A stretch of 64,000 bases of DNA. Source: Trichinella spiralis. Lineage: Eukaryota. The notes beneath the pieces are model-generated. The model worked only from the letters and a program-made list of their open reading frames with translations. It ran no database searches and was not told the DNA's origin. Positions within the stretch are counted from its first letter, which is position 1; every line of letters begins with the position of its first letter. Made by a program: the position numbers and the translations under genes. The stretch lies in assembly GCF_000181795.1 (NCBI RefSeq), contig NW_003526945.1, positions 182,965 through 246,964 on the forward strand. Direction: 5' to 3'. This document shows, in pieces, positions 28,709 through 42,000 of this stretch.

Positions 28709-31700
28709 CTGAAAATTATTCATTCATATTTTTCAACCGTCTCAACCGACCATTACAGTAGACATTTTTGTCATGGAAAAAGAAAAGAAAAGAAAAAACA
28801 AAGAGAAACGAACGTTCATCATTCAAATTGCCAAAGCTTATATGAACATTTTGATAACTGTAAAAACACGCGCACTTGAACCAATTGGCTGAACAGAATA
28901 TATCATCGTCAGATGAAAACCAAGCGGTGCAAAAATGAAAAAAAAAACAACCTTTTATTCGGATAATTTCATCATTTTTAGCAGAATCCAAACAATTAAA
29001 TAAATTCCAAAACTTAAATCAATTTCCCATCGATAAAAACCAAGTAAACTGCTAAAAATATTAATATATCGTCTGTTGTGATGTGAGTAAGAGAAAAAAA
29101 CAATGTTTTTGAAATGAGACCTTTAAACTAATATCTGTGCACAAGAAGAAGAATGCGCATTTCTGAACGTTGACAACGACAAGATTGAAAATGTCAAAAA
29201 TTTGAAACGTAAAATGCTAATTGAAAATAATATTAAAGCAAATATTTCAATCATTTGACTAACGTTGTGAAGATGATGAAGAAAATTACAGAGAAAATAA
29301 AAATCGAAAAAGCATTCCATTACCTGGATTCAGTATATGAACCGATCATTTTGGAAAAATAATTACAAGTGCAAAAAGAAGAGTCGGTGAAAATTACAAA
29401 ATCAACGTCAACTAATGATGCTGATTTGATTCGATTCGATTCGACTAGCTCTATATGCAAACGTTGGAAAGCAGTTTCAAATGGTGCAAGTGTATGCGGT
29501 GAGCAGAGTAAAAGCAGAAGCAAAAAGCAAATAAATCCAGACAACCAACGAGCTTGGAAGATCAGAAATGTCAGTTGGTGGAAATATTAAGCTGGCACGA
29601 ATGGAAAGAGTTGCAAACAACGCGCAGTTGTTAATCGACAAGCCCAACTGCAAAGCGTTCATTCAAAATGGCTACAATCTCGACTGATAGCACAGCTTGG
29701 CAGCTATGAAATTCAGTCCGACCGAACGATGCATTCGATAAATGAAAAAAAAGAAATTCAATCACAAATGACGCATGCTTGCCTCTGCTTTGACGACAGG
29801 TTTGGAGACATCTTATTATTCTAATTTTTTCCCATTATTAAACTTTCTTCCGATTCTCGTTACAATCAATAATAAATGTAGCTCACCGTACAGTACTTCA
29901 TACTGTTCATCGTCGGACACAAACAGTTCAATTCACGTTCGTCAATAGCTTGTTTACCTTGCCAGAATTACCAGTTTCATCGTCAATAATAAATGCATTG
30001 CATGCAATTTTTCGTTTCTCTCGGTAAACGTAAATTCAACATCTTCATTATTAAGTGCTCTTTTCAAGCAAGTTGAATTATTTAAAAAACCATTTCGTTA
30101 AATTATCAACCTTTGTGCTGTGCAAAAATGCAGTCCTCTAAGAGCTGTTTGCACTCGAAAAGCAAGTTCTAGAAAACGCTATACTACTACCTCAGACGAA
30201 CAGAATGTTCAGCTTTGCTGATGTATATGCGTATACATCACGGACTGATCGTGAGAAAATCATTTTCGAATTTCAACATATCATCTGCCGTGTAAAGTGA
30301 AAATGAATAAAATTTAAACAAATCGATCGATACGAATTGAAGAAGAAAAATCAGTACAACACCAAGCACAAATTTACGAAAGCTTACGACGATAAACAAA
30401 CAGAACAATGGGAAAAATTCCATGGGAAAAAACATTCAGCTTACCTTTCGCCTTCACTTTTTTCTACTGCCATGTTATTTCTTGATTTTGCGGCGAAATT
30501 TTAAATTTTCAAAAAAAAGGAAAAAAAACAAATAGCCGGCGAATCGGTTGGCTAAAAGCGACCACAATCAATCAAACGAAAGAGGAAAAAGCCTGTTTGG
30601 AACGTCAGCTGAAATTTGCAGAAAAACTGACAGTTCACCGCCGTTTGTGAAAAATTAACTTCGCAACAAGCAAGCAAAAAACAAAAATGAAATTGCTATT
30701 ATCGATCGATTGGGCATCGACAACTGGCGACAACAACGAACAGATGCAGATTATTATTTTAAAATTAATTTCAACGACGAATATATTTACCTCTTTTTGA
30801 AAAAATGTGTTTCTTATTCGGTTTTAGGAAAAATGATCTACACAACTGCCTTCGAGACTGTGCGCAAGGTTATTTATATACGTCGAAGCAGGTCATATAT
30901 GGATTACAGTATGTGCAACAGTCTGTCAAGTCTGAACATTTCACTAACTTACACGTGTATTATTGCATTTTGCTTGTGAATATAGTAGAAATAAAATGTT
31001 AATTTAATTTATTAATTATTTCATAGCTATTCAATGCCCAAAACATTGGATTGAAATCATGAGAAAAAGCAATGATGGAATAAAATGACCGTTTGCTCGT
31101 TGTTTCAGAATTAGGATATTTAAAAAATGAACCGTTATTTGTTAATAAATAAATCCTGATTTTTTTTTCATTTAGCAATGCATCTGCTTGTTTGTATTTT
31201 ACGATGATATCGATTAATAATTCGACAGTATTTCAGCAAAGAAATTCAAGTTCAAATGCAACACATTGTAAGCGTAGGGTTTTGCTTTCATAAAGAATAT
31301 TTTGCTGTTGTTAAGCTTTATGTAATTTATTGTATTATTAATTTTTTAGTTCAGTTTACATTCTTTCAAATCCTTTATTTTTCAATTTATTTTGCAATTG
31401 AACTGTTTGATCGCTCACAATTAACCGTTCCATTCTTGAAGATTTTTGCACTTTTCTATTGATTTTTATCAGCAGCAACAAGTTTGAGTAGGACAAATAA
31501 ATGTGAATTCAAGCAAAATTTTTTCACGATCTATAACTGATGCCCGTAACAAAGCTGTTCTTTCATACTGATAATGTTTTGCTGTGAATATCAGCTTATT
31601 TTAATAAATTAGCTGACATGTTGTTAGTTTCAGTTATAGGCTAGCATGTCCGGTTTGGTACTACTCGGTCCCGCTTTTCTCTCATTGGTCTTTACCCACG

Positions 31701-31796
31701 CTATTTTATTGGATCGTCAAATCTTAATCACAACTGAAGAGTTTGAATCAATGAGCAATTAGACAAAGAAAACCATACGACAAAGANNNNNNNNNN

Positions 31797-32946
31797 CAAT
31801 AGCTTGTTTACCTGGTGCCAGAAATACCCAGTTTCATCGTCAATTAATAAAATGGCATTGCATGCAAATTTTTCGGATTCTCTCGGTAAACGTAAAATTC
31901 AACCATGTTTCATTAATTAAGGGGCTCTTTTCAAGCCAAGTGGAATTAATTTAAAATACCATTTCGGTTAAAATTATCAACATTTGTTGCTGTGCAAAAA
32001 ATGGCAGTCCTTTTAAGAAGCTGTTTGCACTTGGAAAAAGCAAGTTTTTAGAAAAACGCTATATTACTACCTTCAGAAGGAACAGAAATGTTTCAGCTTT
32101 GGGGAAGTATAGGAGAAAAAAAATAAAGGGGGTGGATCGTGAGAAAAACTCCACAATAAGAATTTCAACATATCATTTTCCCGAGTAAAAGTGGAAAATG
32201 AATAAAAATTTTAAACAAATTGGATCGATAGGAAATTGAAAGAAGAAAAAATTCAGTACAACCCCCAAGCACAAATTTACGAAAGCTTCGGACGATAAAC
32301 AACACAGAACAATGGGAAAAATTCCATGGGAAAAAACATTCAGATTACCTTTCGCCTTCACTTTATTCTACTGCCATGTTATTTATTGATTTTGCGGCGA
32401 AATTTTAAATTTTCAAAAAAAAGGAAAAAAAACAAATAGCCGGCGAATCGGTTGGGTAAAAGCGACCACAATCAATCAAACGAAAGAGGAAAAAGCCTGT
32501 TTGGATCGTCAGCTGAAATTTGCAGAAAAATTGACAGTTTCCCAAAAAATGTGAAAAATTAAATTTGGCACAAGCAAGCAAAAAACAAAAAAGAAATTGT
32601 TATTATCGATCGACAGGCACAACAAGAAAGTCAACAGAGAACAGATGCAGATTAAAAGATAAAAATAATTTCATCGAAGAATATATTTACTTCTTCATGA
32701 AAAAAGCTGTTTTCAAGAAAATTTCGGAAAAACAATTTGCACAATGACATTAGGGAAAATGGGCAAGGTGATGAATATCAGTAGAAACAGGTCATATAAA
32801 GAATACTAAAAGTCCATCCGTCGGCCAAGTTTCAACATTTCACTAACTTTCGAAAGCAGTATTGCATCATTATGAGAATGTAACAGAAATAATAATGTTA
32901 ATGAAAAAAATAAATTAATTCATACATGATAAATGAATCCACCACA
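31797..32946 (+). other. Gap-flanked, error-rich duplicate of ~29943-31060 (probable assembly artefact)
   Basis: Colinear copy of the tropomodulin upstream region with many homopolymer indels and identity decaying toward the right end. It is bounded by N-gaps 31787-31796 and 32947-32956. Confidence 0.85.
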
Positions 32947-33435
32947 NNNNNNNNNNCCGAGTAAAACCACCCCAATTTTATTACATAAATATCATAAAAT
33001 AGTAAAGCTTTGAATATTAGAAACCTGACCATTAAAATGAAATCAAAATTTGACAAATAGCACGCATCACAATGACAACCAGTAAAAATTTAGGTTTGCG
33101 ACAACGAATAAAACTCATCGCAACAGCAACTAATGAAATTTAGCCGACATGAAAACCAATGAAATTTAAGGCCAATCAAATGTCGAGCGGCATGCCTTTG
33201 AAGTATACTCGTGGAGTAGACCCAAAATAATCATTGTTAAATATTAAATAATTGTATTTTGTCAAATGTTTGGTTAGCAGCACAGTTTGTGTAAATCATA
33301 ACCAAAAATAGAATAATTTTTATTGTAAATCCAATCCGCCTGTTCGGAAAAGCTTTCCTGCAGTTATCATCAACAAAAAAAAACATATTTTAACAATTCA
33401 TTTTGAATAAACAGAAAACAATATGGCAATATTGT

Positions 33436-34992
33436 TCAGTCCACTCTGCTACTAATTTCCATCGCAAGATGATTGAAGCAATAGCCAAGAGTAACTAATA
33501 TCACGGCTGGCAGTTTGAACTTCGGGTACGTTTCACCCCAAAATATTCGGTCAACAAAAACTTTTCCCACTTTTGATCCACCCAAGAAATAGTAATTGCT
33601 GTAGAGGCCAAACGAAAGCGGAAGCACTTGCAAAAGAGCCAATATTCGTCGGAAACATTGGTCACTGATGAGCTTCTCGCGCAACTTTTGCACACTCTGA
33701 AAACTGTATATCACTTTGCCAAAGTTTTCTATTAAAATTTCCACCACATTCAGTCCAACCCAAACCATACAGCTGTGCCTAAAGCCATGCCAAACAAGTA
33801 CAAATGAAAAACTAAGCAATAATCCGACAAGTTTGCGCTCTATACGAAACGATGGTCTGGCTATTGGCAAAAAAATATATTCTTTGAAAAAATCATACAA
33901 TCCACGGTCAAAATGACGCCATATATTCGAATAAAGTGTCACTCGTGAAATGCATATTGGCCCATTTGGTGGTGTCATTTTGTCTAATTTTGCAAAAAAT
34001 GCGGGAAAGCCAAAAATGACCACATACTTCAAGTGGAAAAATTGCCCTATCAATGCACCAATGCAACACAACGTGTCCAGTGGCATACTTGTCAGGAGTT
34101 CTACGTTCATTGAGATGGCTTCGAAATAAAGATGATGCAACAGTAATTCAGTAAAACAATACCAAAACAGTATACGAATGCCAAATAGTAATGTACGAGA
34201 CAAGTTCATCTGTCTGCTGTTTCGACGTTCCATGTCCGGTTGAAATCTCTTATATATTACAATTAAACTGAGCTGATATGGCAGATAAAGTATATACCAG
34301 GCCAATTTAAAGAATCCGTCGAAGAAATGCTCGCAAACTGGTTGATTATCAATCAAATCTAAGCAAAAACTCAAACACTGCAACATTTTATAACCGATGA
34401 AGCTGATTGATTTGAACGCATCCTGATCGGCGGCAAAATCAACTATTCCTTCCACAGCTACGTAAAGTATGGCCAATGTGATTGTCCATACGGCCAGCTT
34501 TGATCGCAACCAGTAAGCAGCGCCATACATGACCGTCGCAGCAATGAATACAGTAAGTACAATGTGTGTTGCAAAAAGATACCAACTGGCAAAAATCCAA
34601 TAAACAATCATGAACCGTTTCCACAACGTCGTTCCCAACAACTTTTCCGTACAATTAAATAACAATGAATGCAAAAAATACCACGGTAAAGCTTCTCTAA
34701 CCCAAACGATCCAGTGTTGCCATTCATAATTGTTCGTATCTTTCAATTTATCACCAATTAACCATAAATGGCTCTTAGTCAACGGCGCTACAGTATTATT
34801 TTGTACTTGAGGTTCATTACTGAGTTGGAAAACTTTGTACCATGTGTAAAAAATGGTACACGAGATGACGGCAAAGTAGAATGCAGTTTCACTACTGGGC
34901 AGCGAGGGATATTTGAAGCGTTGTCTTTTCTTCTGCTCTACAGAACTGATTTCTGCAGAGCTTTGTACATGCTTTGCACCACGGCGTTTCAT
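33436..34992 (-). CDS. HHAT: MBOAT-family acyltransferase, Hedgehog acyltransferase (HHAT/Rasp/GUP1)-type, single exon, ~518 aa
   Basis: Multi-TM ORF with D..NYEW..W, SFCLD, Y..YLP, GQFFHLKYVVIFG, PPNGPICISR..YSNIWRHFDRGLYDF..YIF.P and FSFVLVWHG (catalytic His). First ATG is at 34992; the ORF track starts at a GTG at 35019. Confidence 0.88.
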   Translation of the reverse strand: MKRRGAKHVQSSAEISSVEQKKRQRFKYPSLPSSETAFYFAVISCTIFYTWYKVFQLSNEPQVQNNTVAPLTKSHLWLIGDKLKDTNNYEWQHWIVWVREALPWYFLHSLLFNCTEKLLGTTLWKRFMIVYWIFASWYLFATHIVLTVFIAATVMYGAAYWLRSKLAVWTITLAILYVAVEGIVDFAADQDAFKSISFIGYKMLQCLSFCLDLIDNQPVCEHFFDGFFKLAWYILYLPYQLSLIVIYKRFQPDMERRNSRQMNLSRTLLFGIRILFWYCFTELLLHHLYFEAISMNVELLTSMPLDTLCCIGALIGQFFHLKYVVIFGFPAFFAKLDKMTPPNGPICISRVTLYSNIWRHFDRGLYDFFKEYIFLPIARPSFRIERKLVGLLLSFSFVLVWHGFRHSCMVWVGLNVVEILIENFGKVIYSFQSVQKLREKLISDQCFRRILALLQVLPLSFGLYSNYYFLGGSKVGKVFVDRIFWGETYPKFKLPAVILVTLGYCFNHLAMEISSRVD

Positions 34993-36042
34993 CGATGCGA
35001 CGATGTGGTGGTTCGTCACCGTCGTTTTTTCTGGCAGACAACAAGCAAGCCGATTGCTTCTTCAAAACTTTGTCTTCATTTCTGCACATTATGCCTGCTG
35101 GTTGACGACCTCTACGATCCATTTTATTCCACTTATAAAACAGGTTTACAAGCGTCACATCAACTATGCGACCTACATCTGACCAAGGTAAGCGATCGGT
35201 TTTTTTTCCATTTTGAAATTCTACTACTCTCCGGTCGAATAGTATTTTCTCTTTTTCATCCTCCATTCTCTAATAGGTATATTTATTTATTTATTTCTGA
35301 TGGTGAATATTCACCATGAAATCATATTTTTATTTCCAAATTTCATATAATATCAGACTTCTTTTCACTTAACCAGTCGACATATAAATTCATATCAGCA
35401 AACAAAACATATGCGTTACTTTGAATAATTATAAAAAAATCTTTGTTTAAACATTTTCCAATATACGAGTTTCAAGTTGAATTTCATTTTCTCATTTGAC
35501 CTTGACACTGAATGTAAGTTTCATTCTGCGAATTTATAAAAGATATATTTTTTACAATTTGTGAGCACAGGGCAAAGCTCTTTTGAACTTGGAAAAATTT
35601 ATTACTGCCCAGCTATTAAAAATTAATAATTTTTGACATAAACTTCTTGACATGCGTACACAATAATGCAGGACGCCGTTTCAACAAATTTGTCAATGAT
35701 GAAAAAAAAGGGGGACACGCTTTCCAACATTTTCTGCGTCGAATAATATCTTATACAGTAGGTTAATAATAAAGTGAAATCGATCAAGATGGCGATTTGT
35801 TTTTGCGACACACTAAATCTGGTTAAAATTGCAACAATTTTCTAGCGAAATAGGCTTTGCAATTGTTGTATCGTTGTTGTAGATAGTTTTTGATTGTGGA
35901 AATTAACGAAAACTTTTATCTGAATAACACGACAATAAATCAAGCATCCGTGCAAATTAGGAGCTTTATTGAATTTCATTAAATTGTGAAAATGACTTAA
36001 ATTATAAATCTACTTGATTGACGAAGCTAGTTGAGATCAAAT

Positions 36043-39000
36043 TTAAACATTTCTGGATCGCGAATTTCCTCCACTTCCATTACGGACGTACAGAACGCTG
36101 CTACTTTTTACCCGAGTCAATGAATAAGAAGATGAGCTTCTCTTAGAATCAGACTGCGATCCATTTCGAATTGTGTTCAGTACATTTGAAGTTGAGCCAC
36201 TCCTTTCTAGAAATATGTAAATTTGAAATCTTGTAAATTTTTCATCTTCTCAATGCAAACCGATTACCAAGCGATCTGCTTGTTTTATCGTCTCCACTTT
36301 TTCCGGATGCGTCAGAAGTAAAACTCTGGCTAAAATATTAAAAATTTACTTTGAATAAATTCAATATGCATTATAATATTTTATATTTTTTCTTTTACTA
36401 TTCAACAACAACAACAACAACACTTGTCACTTTTTTCTGTTATTCTGCTTCGATGCTGGACAAAGAAAAGACATCACAGATGAAATGTTAATTTCGATTT
36501 GAACATTTAGAACAAATGTAAACAGTGATGATAACAACTAAATTGATAATATTGCAACTGACCTAAATTGTTCTCATTTTGAAAATATAGTTGTAATTAT
36601 TATTTTAAAAAATAAAAGAAAAGAAAATTAAACTGTAAACTTATTGTTAAATGACTTTTACTTTTACATTTTACAGTTTATCCAATGCATATGAGCATAC
36701 ACACATACATACGTTTCATTAGTATTTAGAATTGATGTTTAGAAATTTGAATAATTAATTTTTGTGATTGAAAATTGAAATAGACTCACTTCATTCGTCT
36801 TGGATATTGATGGGATGTAGTTTTTTTCATAAGACTTTCCTGATGCTTGGCCATTGATTGTTCAAATTTGGCGATGGACTTCATCACACTTCCGGTACAG
36901 ATAACGGCTGGAGTGCGCAGCGGCTTCGAAGCTACGCTTGGCTTGTTCATTTTCAAAATTGGAGTAGGCTTGACAACAATTTTCTTTCCATTCGGTCCTC
37001 CTTTTGTCAATGCAACCGGCTGCGGTGGGGCATTCGGTGATTCTGCATTTTTGGATTTTTCCGCGGCAACATTCTTCTTCGATACTGTGCTATTATTATA
37101 AGATCCTGGTGTGAGTTTTCGCTTTTCAGCAGCAGCATTCTTCTGGTTCGGTGTCGTTAGATTTTCATTTGAAGAAGTCTTCTGGGTTGTCTTTGATTTG
37201 TCCACTGAGGTTCTTTTGTATGCTGCTGTCTTGTTTTCTGATGTAGAAATTTGGGAAACGGATTTGGCTTTCACCGGGATGTTGCTAGCCTTTTTACAAT
37301 CCACACTGGTCGGTTTAGAATCTGTCATATGTCTGGTTCTAACACGTTCGTAAGATTGCCCGGTTGGTCGAGGACTGGCATCTCTGTGAAGCAGTTGCTG
37401 TGGTTGTACAACAGCCGTCCTGCGACTGCTTGCACGTGGGATGTGTCCAGATTTTGTATCTGAAACTGCTTCCCCTGCTTTATCGAGCTTTTTTACATTT
37501 GCATTAAGCGTGTTTCCATTTTTCAGTTTTTGTTGTTGTTGTTGTTGTTGTGGTGGTGGTGGTGCAGGTGGAATTGATGTCGGATGCACCGCGACGATCG
37601 GTTGAACGCTGGCCACTGCAGTAGTTTTCACTGTTGGTTTTTTCAATTTATCTTTGTCAGGCAGCTCTGTGTTTTCTGCATGAATATTGGTTTGATTGCC
37701 TGGTGTTTCCCCTATTTCAGCAAGTACCTTGGAAAAGAAAATACATGTATGCGTGTGGTCACGAAAATTATTTCACAAATAGACACTAGAAATCACTTAC
37801 TTGAGCGCGAATTCGTTTAAAAGTAACCGATTTTTCCACAGCATCCAATTTCGAAAGAGCATCTCGCAGTCCAAGTAGGAGATTATTTTCTTTAGGCAAA
37901 TTAAGCGCTGACTTGAATACTGGAAAAAGGCTGCATAATTTCAAACTAAACACAGTAAATATATATATATATGTATATCGTGAAACCTACTTTATATTAT
38001 TTGAAATGTGAATTATCTAACCGAACATCTATAACAGGATCATCGATCATTTTTAATGCCGAATACAAGAGCTTTTCTTTGAACAGTTCAACCAATCCCA
38101 TTTTAATTGCCATTTCGCAAGCCACCAAATACAATACTCGTCGTTTGGCACTTTTATGACACTGAAGGCCTATCAATAGCAGCCGGAATATCATATTAAA
38201 AGTGAACTGTCCAATTGAGCAACTCTTTTCAAGTTTATTTAAATTGTGCTATTTGAAACTAATTAATTAATTAAATTTCATTTATTGGATCGTGATTTCT
38301 TCAATATACTTCAACAGTACTGATCAACGATTTTAGCAAATGCTGCATAAATAATAATAGCTCCATTTTCGTTCCTTATGTTTTTTTAGTAACAGTAACT
38401 AACCTTCTCTGGATTAGTTTGTTTTAACGTATAAATTTTTAAAACTAGCATTTGTATTTTCGATTGTTCACGGTAGTTGAAGCATTTTTAACATGTAAAC
38501 AATGTTACGTACAATTTATAAAGAAATCCACCAAACTTTGAACTTGTTTGCTGCATTTGAGCTGCGAAATCCATGTCAGCATAGTTTTCAAGCAGGCAAA
38601 GCGACAAGGGATAGCTTGCTTGAATTAAAAATTTACATAAATAAATATATCGTTCTTGATATTAATTACATTAGAATGATAACACAAACCACGTGCAAAA
38701 CTTCATCTTTTAGCATTGGAACAAAGCTTGTTATTAGCACATCTTCACCAACACAACTTAAAAGTGATCGTAAAGCCAATATATACTGTTCATGACATCT
38801 CCAATTGCTCGAATTTCTTATAAGACGATTACACGCAAGAAGTACACGAGTGAGCTGAGATGGGTGTGATTTCTGAGATATATTTCACTTAGATTGATAA
38901 ATTTAAATTATGAACTTCCAACTTACATGAGTCGGTATTTCTGAATCCTTCTTCGGTGGGGACGTCTTGTACATATAACTCAATGTTTCATCCAAATGCT

Positions 39001-42000
39001 TAGCAAGACCTTCTATTACCTAAAAAGAGTTCAGTTAAATAAATTTATGTTCAATTATACAATCAGTTTGTATTAACATATCCAAATAAAAATGAGGATA
39101 TAAGAGAAAAGTATAAACGCGTCAGTGAAAAAATATCTTACGTCAGTATCGCCAGAGTATATCAGATCAATGAAACAATCCATCAATTCTGACGAATGCG
39201 GGTCAAAAAATTTGGCTATAATGTGAAAAGACAAAGCCGCCTGCTTTTGCACTTCACTGTCCGTGTCTTGGCATAAACGCCGATATACTGGTAAAAGTGA
39301 GGTTCGAAATTCGTTCAAAGTCATCAGTTCCGTAAGAATCTATTAAAATTACAATAATATGCTAAAATATATCAGGCATTGCAAAAAGAAAAATCGTTGA
39401 AACTGTTTAAATTAAAATTTCTGGTGCATTTTATTTATGAATAAAGGGTATGAATTGAATATATAAAAATTAAATTCCAAAATATGTTAGTAATAAGTTT
39501 ACAATATTTGGAAAGATAAAATGATAAAAGAAACATACTGAAATAGCTGCTGCAGCAGAACGACGACATGTGATCGATGCTATATTCGGATCCATACGTT
39601 TGGAAACATAATCCTAAGTATATACATCGTTGTAAACACATATTTTAAGATATAAATTACAATCGCTTTTCGTAATAGAGATTAAGAAGAAGAAAGAGTA
39701 TTCCATACGTAATCTCCATTTACAGTCTCTTCTCCGTCAGGTTTTTCTTCTGTGCCAAGCGAAGATAGCTGCTGAAATATTTCAATAATCCATGTTTTTT
39801 CAGAATTTGTCATCTTATCTAAAAAGCATATCTAATAAAAGGACAAAATACGCAGGTTATGAAGTAGCATTTACCATCCAATGACTCGCATAACTTTTTC
39901 AGAACTTTAGCCAAAATCAACAAACTAGACGTGCTTTTTGTTAACAAAGCATCTTCAGCACATTTCTTTATTATTGGCATGAATATATTCGAGCGGGTTT
40001 CTAAATTGCAATTTTTTAATCAACTTCATTATCTTTACTGATGAACGGTTTTCTTTGCTGCAAGCAACAAAGTTTGATATTGCGCAGTAGATTTGGTTTA
40101 TCATAAATTGAAATTATTAAAACATTTTAATTCAATAGCCTAACACTGAAGTTGTTTTACATTGAACATTGAAACATTAAGTAAATTTTAGCAAATTGCC
40201 GTCATTTTTAGAGAATGCATGAATTAGCATGTTTACAAAAAAGTTGGATGATTTTCTTGTATGTTATTATAATAAAAATTAATACAGTTATAAGCGAACC
40301 TTTGTCGAATCGAAATAAAACGCTGACAATTGCTTCAAAGTCAGCTTCACGGACAGTTTCATCTTCATCTTTGTTCAGTTCAATTAGCATAGGAAGCAAA
40401 ATAGATTTTATATCTGCAGAACTGAAAAATACAAAAAGTTTACTGTTATGAGAAAAAACAGTTATGCAAAAATAGCACAATTCATGCCTGATAAACAAAA
40501 CTATAGTAGGTAATTGCTGACAAGCTGTAGCTCGAATTCTTGAGTCAGGATCTTGACACTGCGCTTGTACAACTGGTAGAATTTTTCGCCTCACTCTGGC
40601 ATCAAATTAAACATGTTCATTTGAATAATAATCAATTTATATTTCAAAATGTTTGTTATTATTATTTTTCATAAAATTTGAAAAACAATTTTTGCCATCT
40701 GATTGAAAAGCTCATAAGGTTTTATTTATTATTTACTCGTCAGGTGAAATTTTAGGTGCTATTTGTCCAAGAAGTTTCCCTCCAAATAAACGAGCGTAAA
40801 TGGAATTCATTTGCTGAGATTTTTGCAAAGCAGTTGGTAAAACCTATAACATATAAAACCAAATAGACGCAATAAATAGCAACGCTGTGTAGTTGTTCAA
40901 ATACTTCACTTGTCAGCAGTGGGGTCGAAATGACGTCGATAACATCGATAATCATTTCCATCCAAGCTGCTCGAACAACTGAAATTATCAAAATTAGTGC
41001 TGAACATATGCAAATGTTGCAATTATCTTAAATATGCAGCAGTGCGAAAATTTATTATAAATATTGAATAGGAAATGATGATCACTTTAAACGCAGAAAA
41101 TTGTCAAATGAAAATTAGATTAAAGAATGTAGCGATATTAAATTAGCATTTTTTACTGACAAAAATATCAGATAAAATTCATTTTTCAACCTATAAAAAG
41201 AATTTTGAAAAAGAAAATCATGCAATAATAGAATTACGTGCTAAAATTACTCGTCGATAAGAATATTTGTATATTATTTAGTGAAAATTTGAATACTATG
41301 TTTTCAAGAAGTGTAAAATAGAAGAAAGCAATTTACTGGAATCCTGGTTGTCAATAACTTTGAAAATTATTTTCAAAATAGATTTGCATATTTGTTCATT
41401 TTTTGCCATCGCGTGCTCTAATATGCTTCTGAATACTTCGCAGGTCTCGAATTGGATGTCCATTCCGCAATTCGATAAGCACAGCATTGCCTTGAATTAC
41501 AATACATAACAAACGCATACGTTTATTATTTGTGCAGACAGAAAAATGAAACCTGCTTACTTCCACCGTAGGTAGAACATCTCTGAGTAGTTTGAGTTTG
41601 TTGACCAAAAAGCCAGGCAAATTTCGCACCACGCAAATTCGTTGGTTTTCTGATCCATCGCTAAATAATTATTTCATATTTCTATGTTTCTATTGAAAAT
41701 TTTTTCTTTTATCACCAAATTTCCTCATTGTATGTTTGTCCATTTTATTGGATAATTATTCACTACAGAAAGGCAATAAATAAATAAAGTTTATTGGAAT
41801 GATATTCTGCAATAGCCATTTTCTGAAACAAGAAAGTTGCTTTTTCTTAATTTCGCATTTGAAATTTTAAAAGTGAAAATTCCGTTGACAATATAGACAA
41901 AATGCTTCTAAGCAAATATTGAATGCTAAACAGACTTTTGCTTCATGAAAGTATTATTCAATCTTCATTCCTCAACTCAACTCATCTCGACAGGTCTGAG

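Noticed and set aside
31797..32946. Apparent tandem duplication of the tropomodulin promoter and first exon
   Set aside because: It is bounded by N-gaps on both sides, and its homopolymer-type errors and decaying identity are typical of a single low-quality read. Treated as an assembly artefact.
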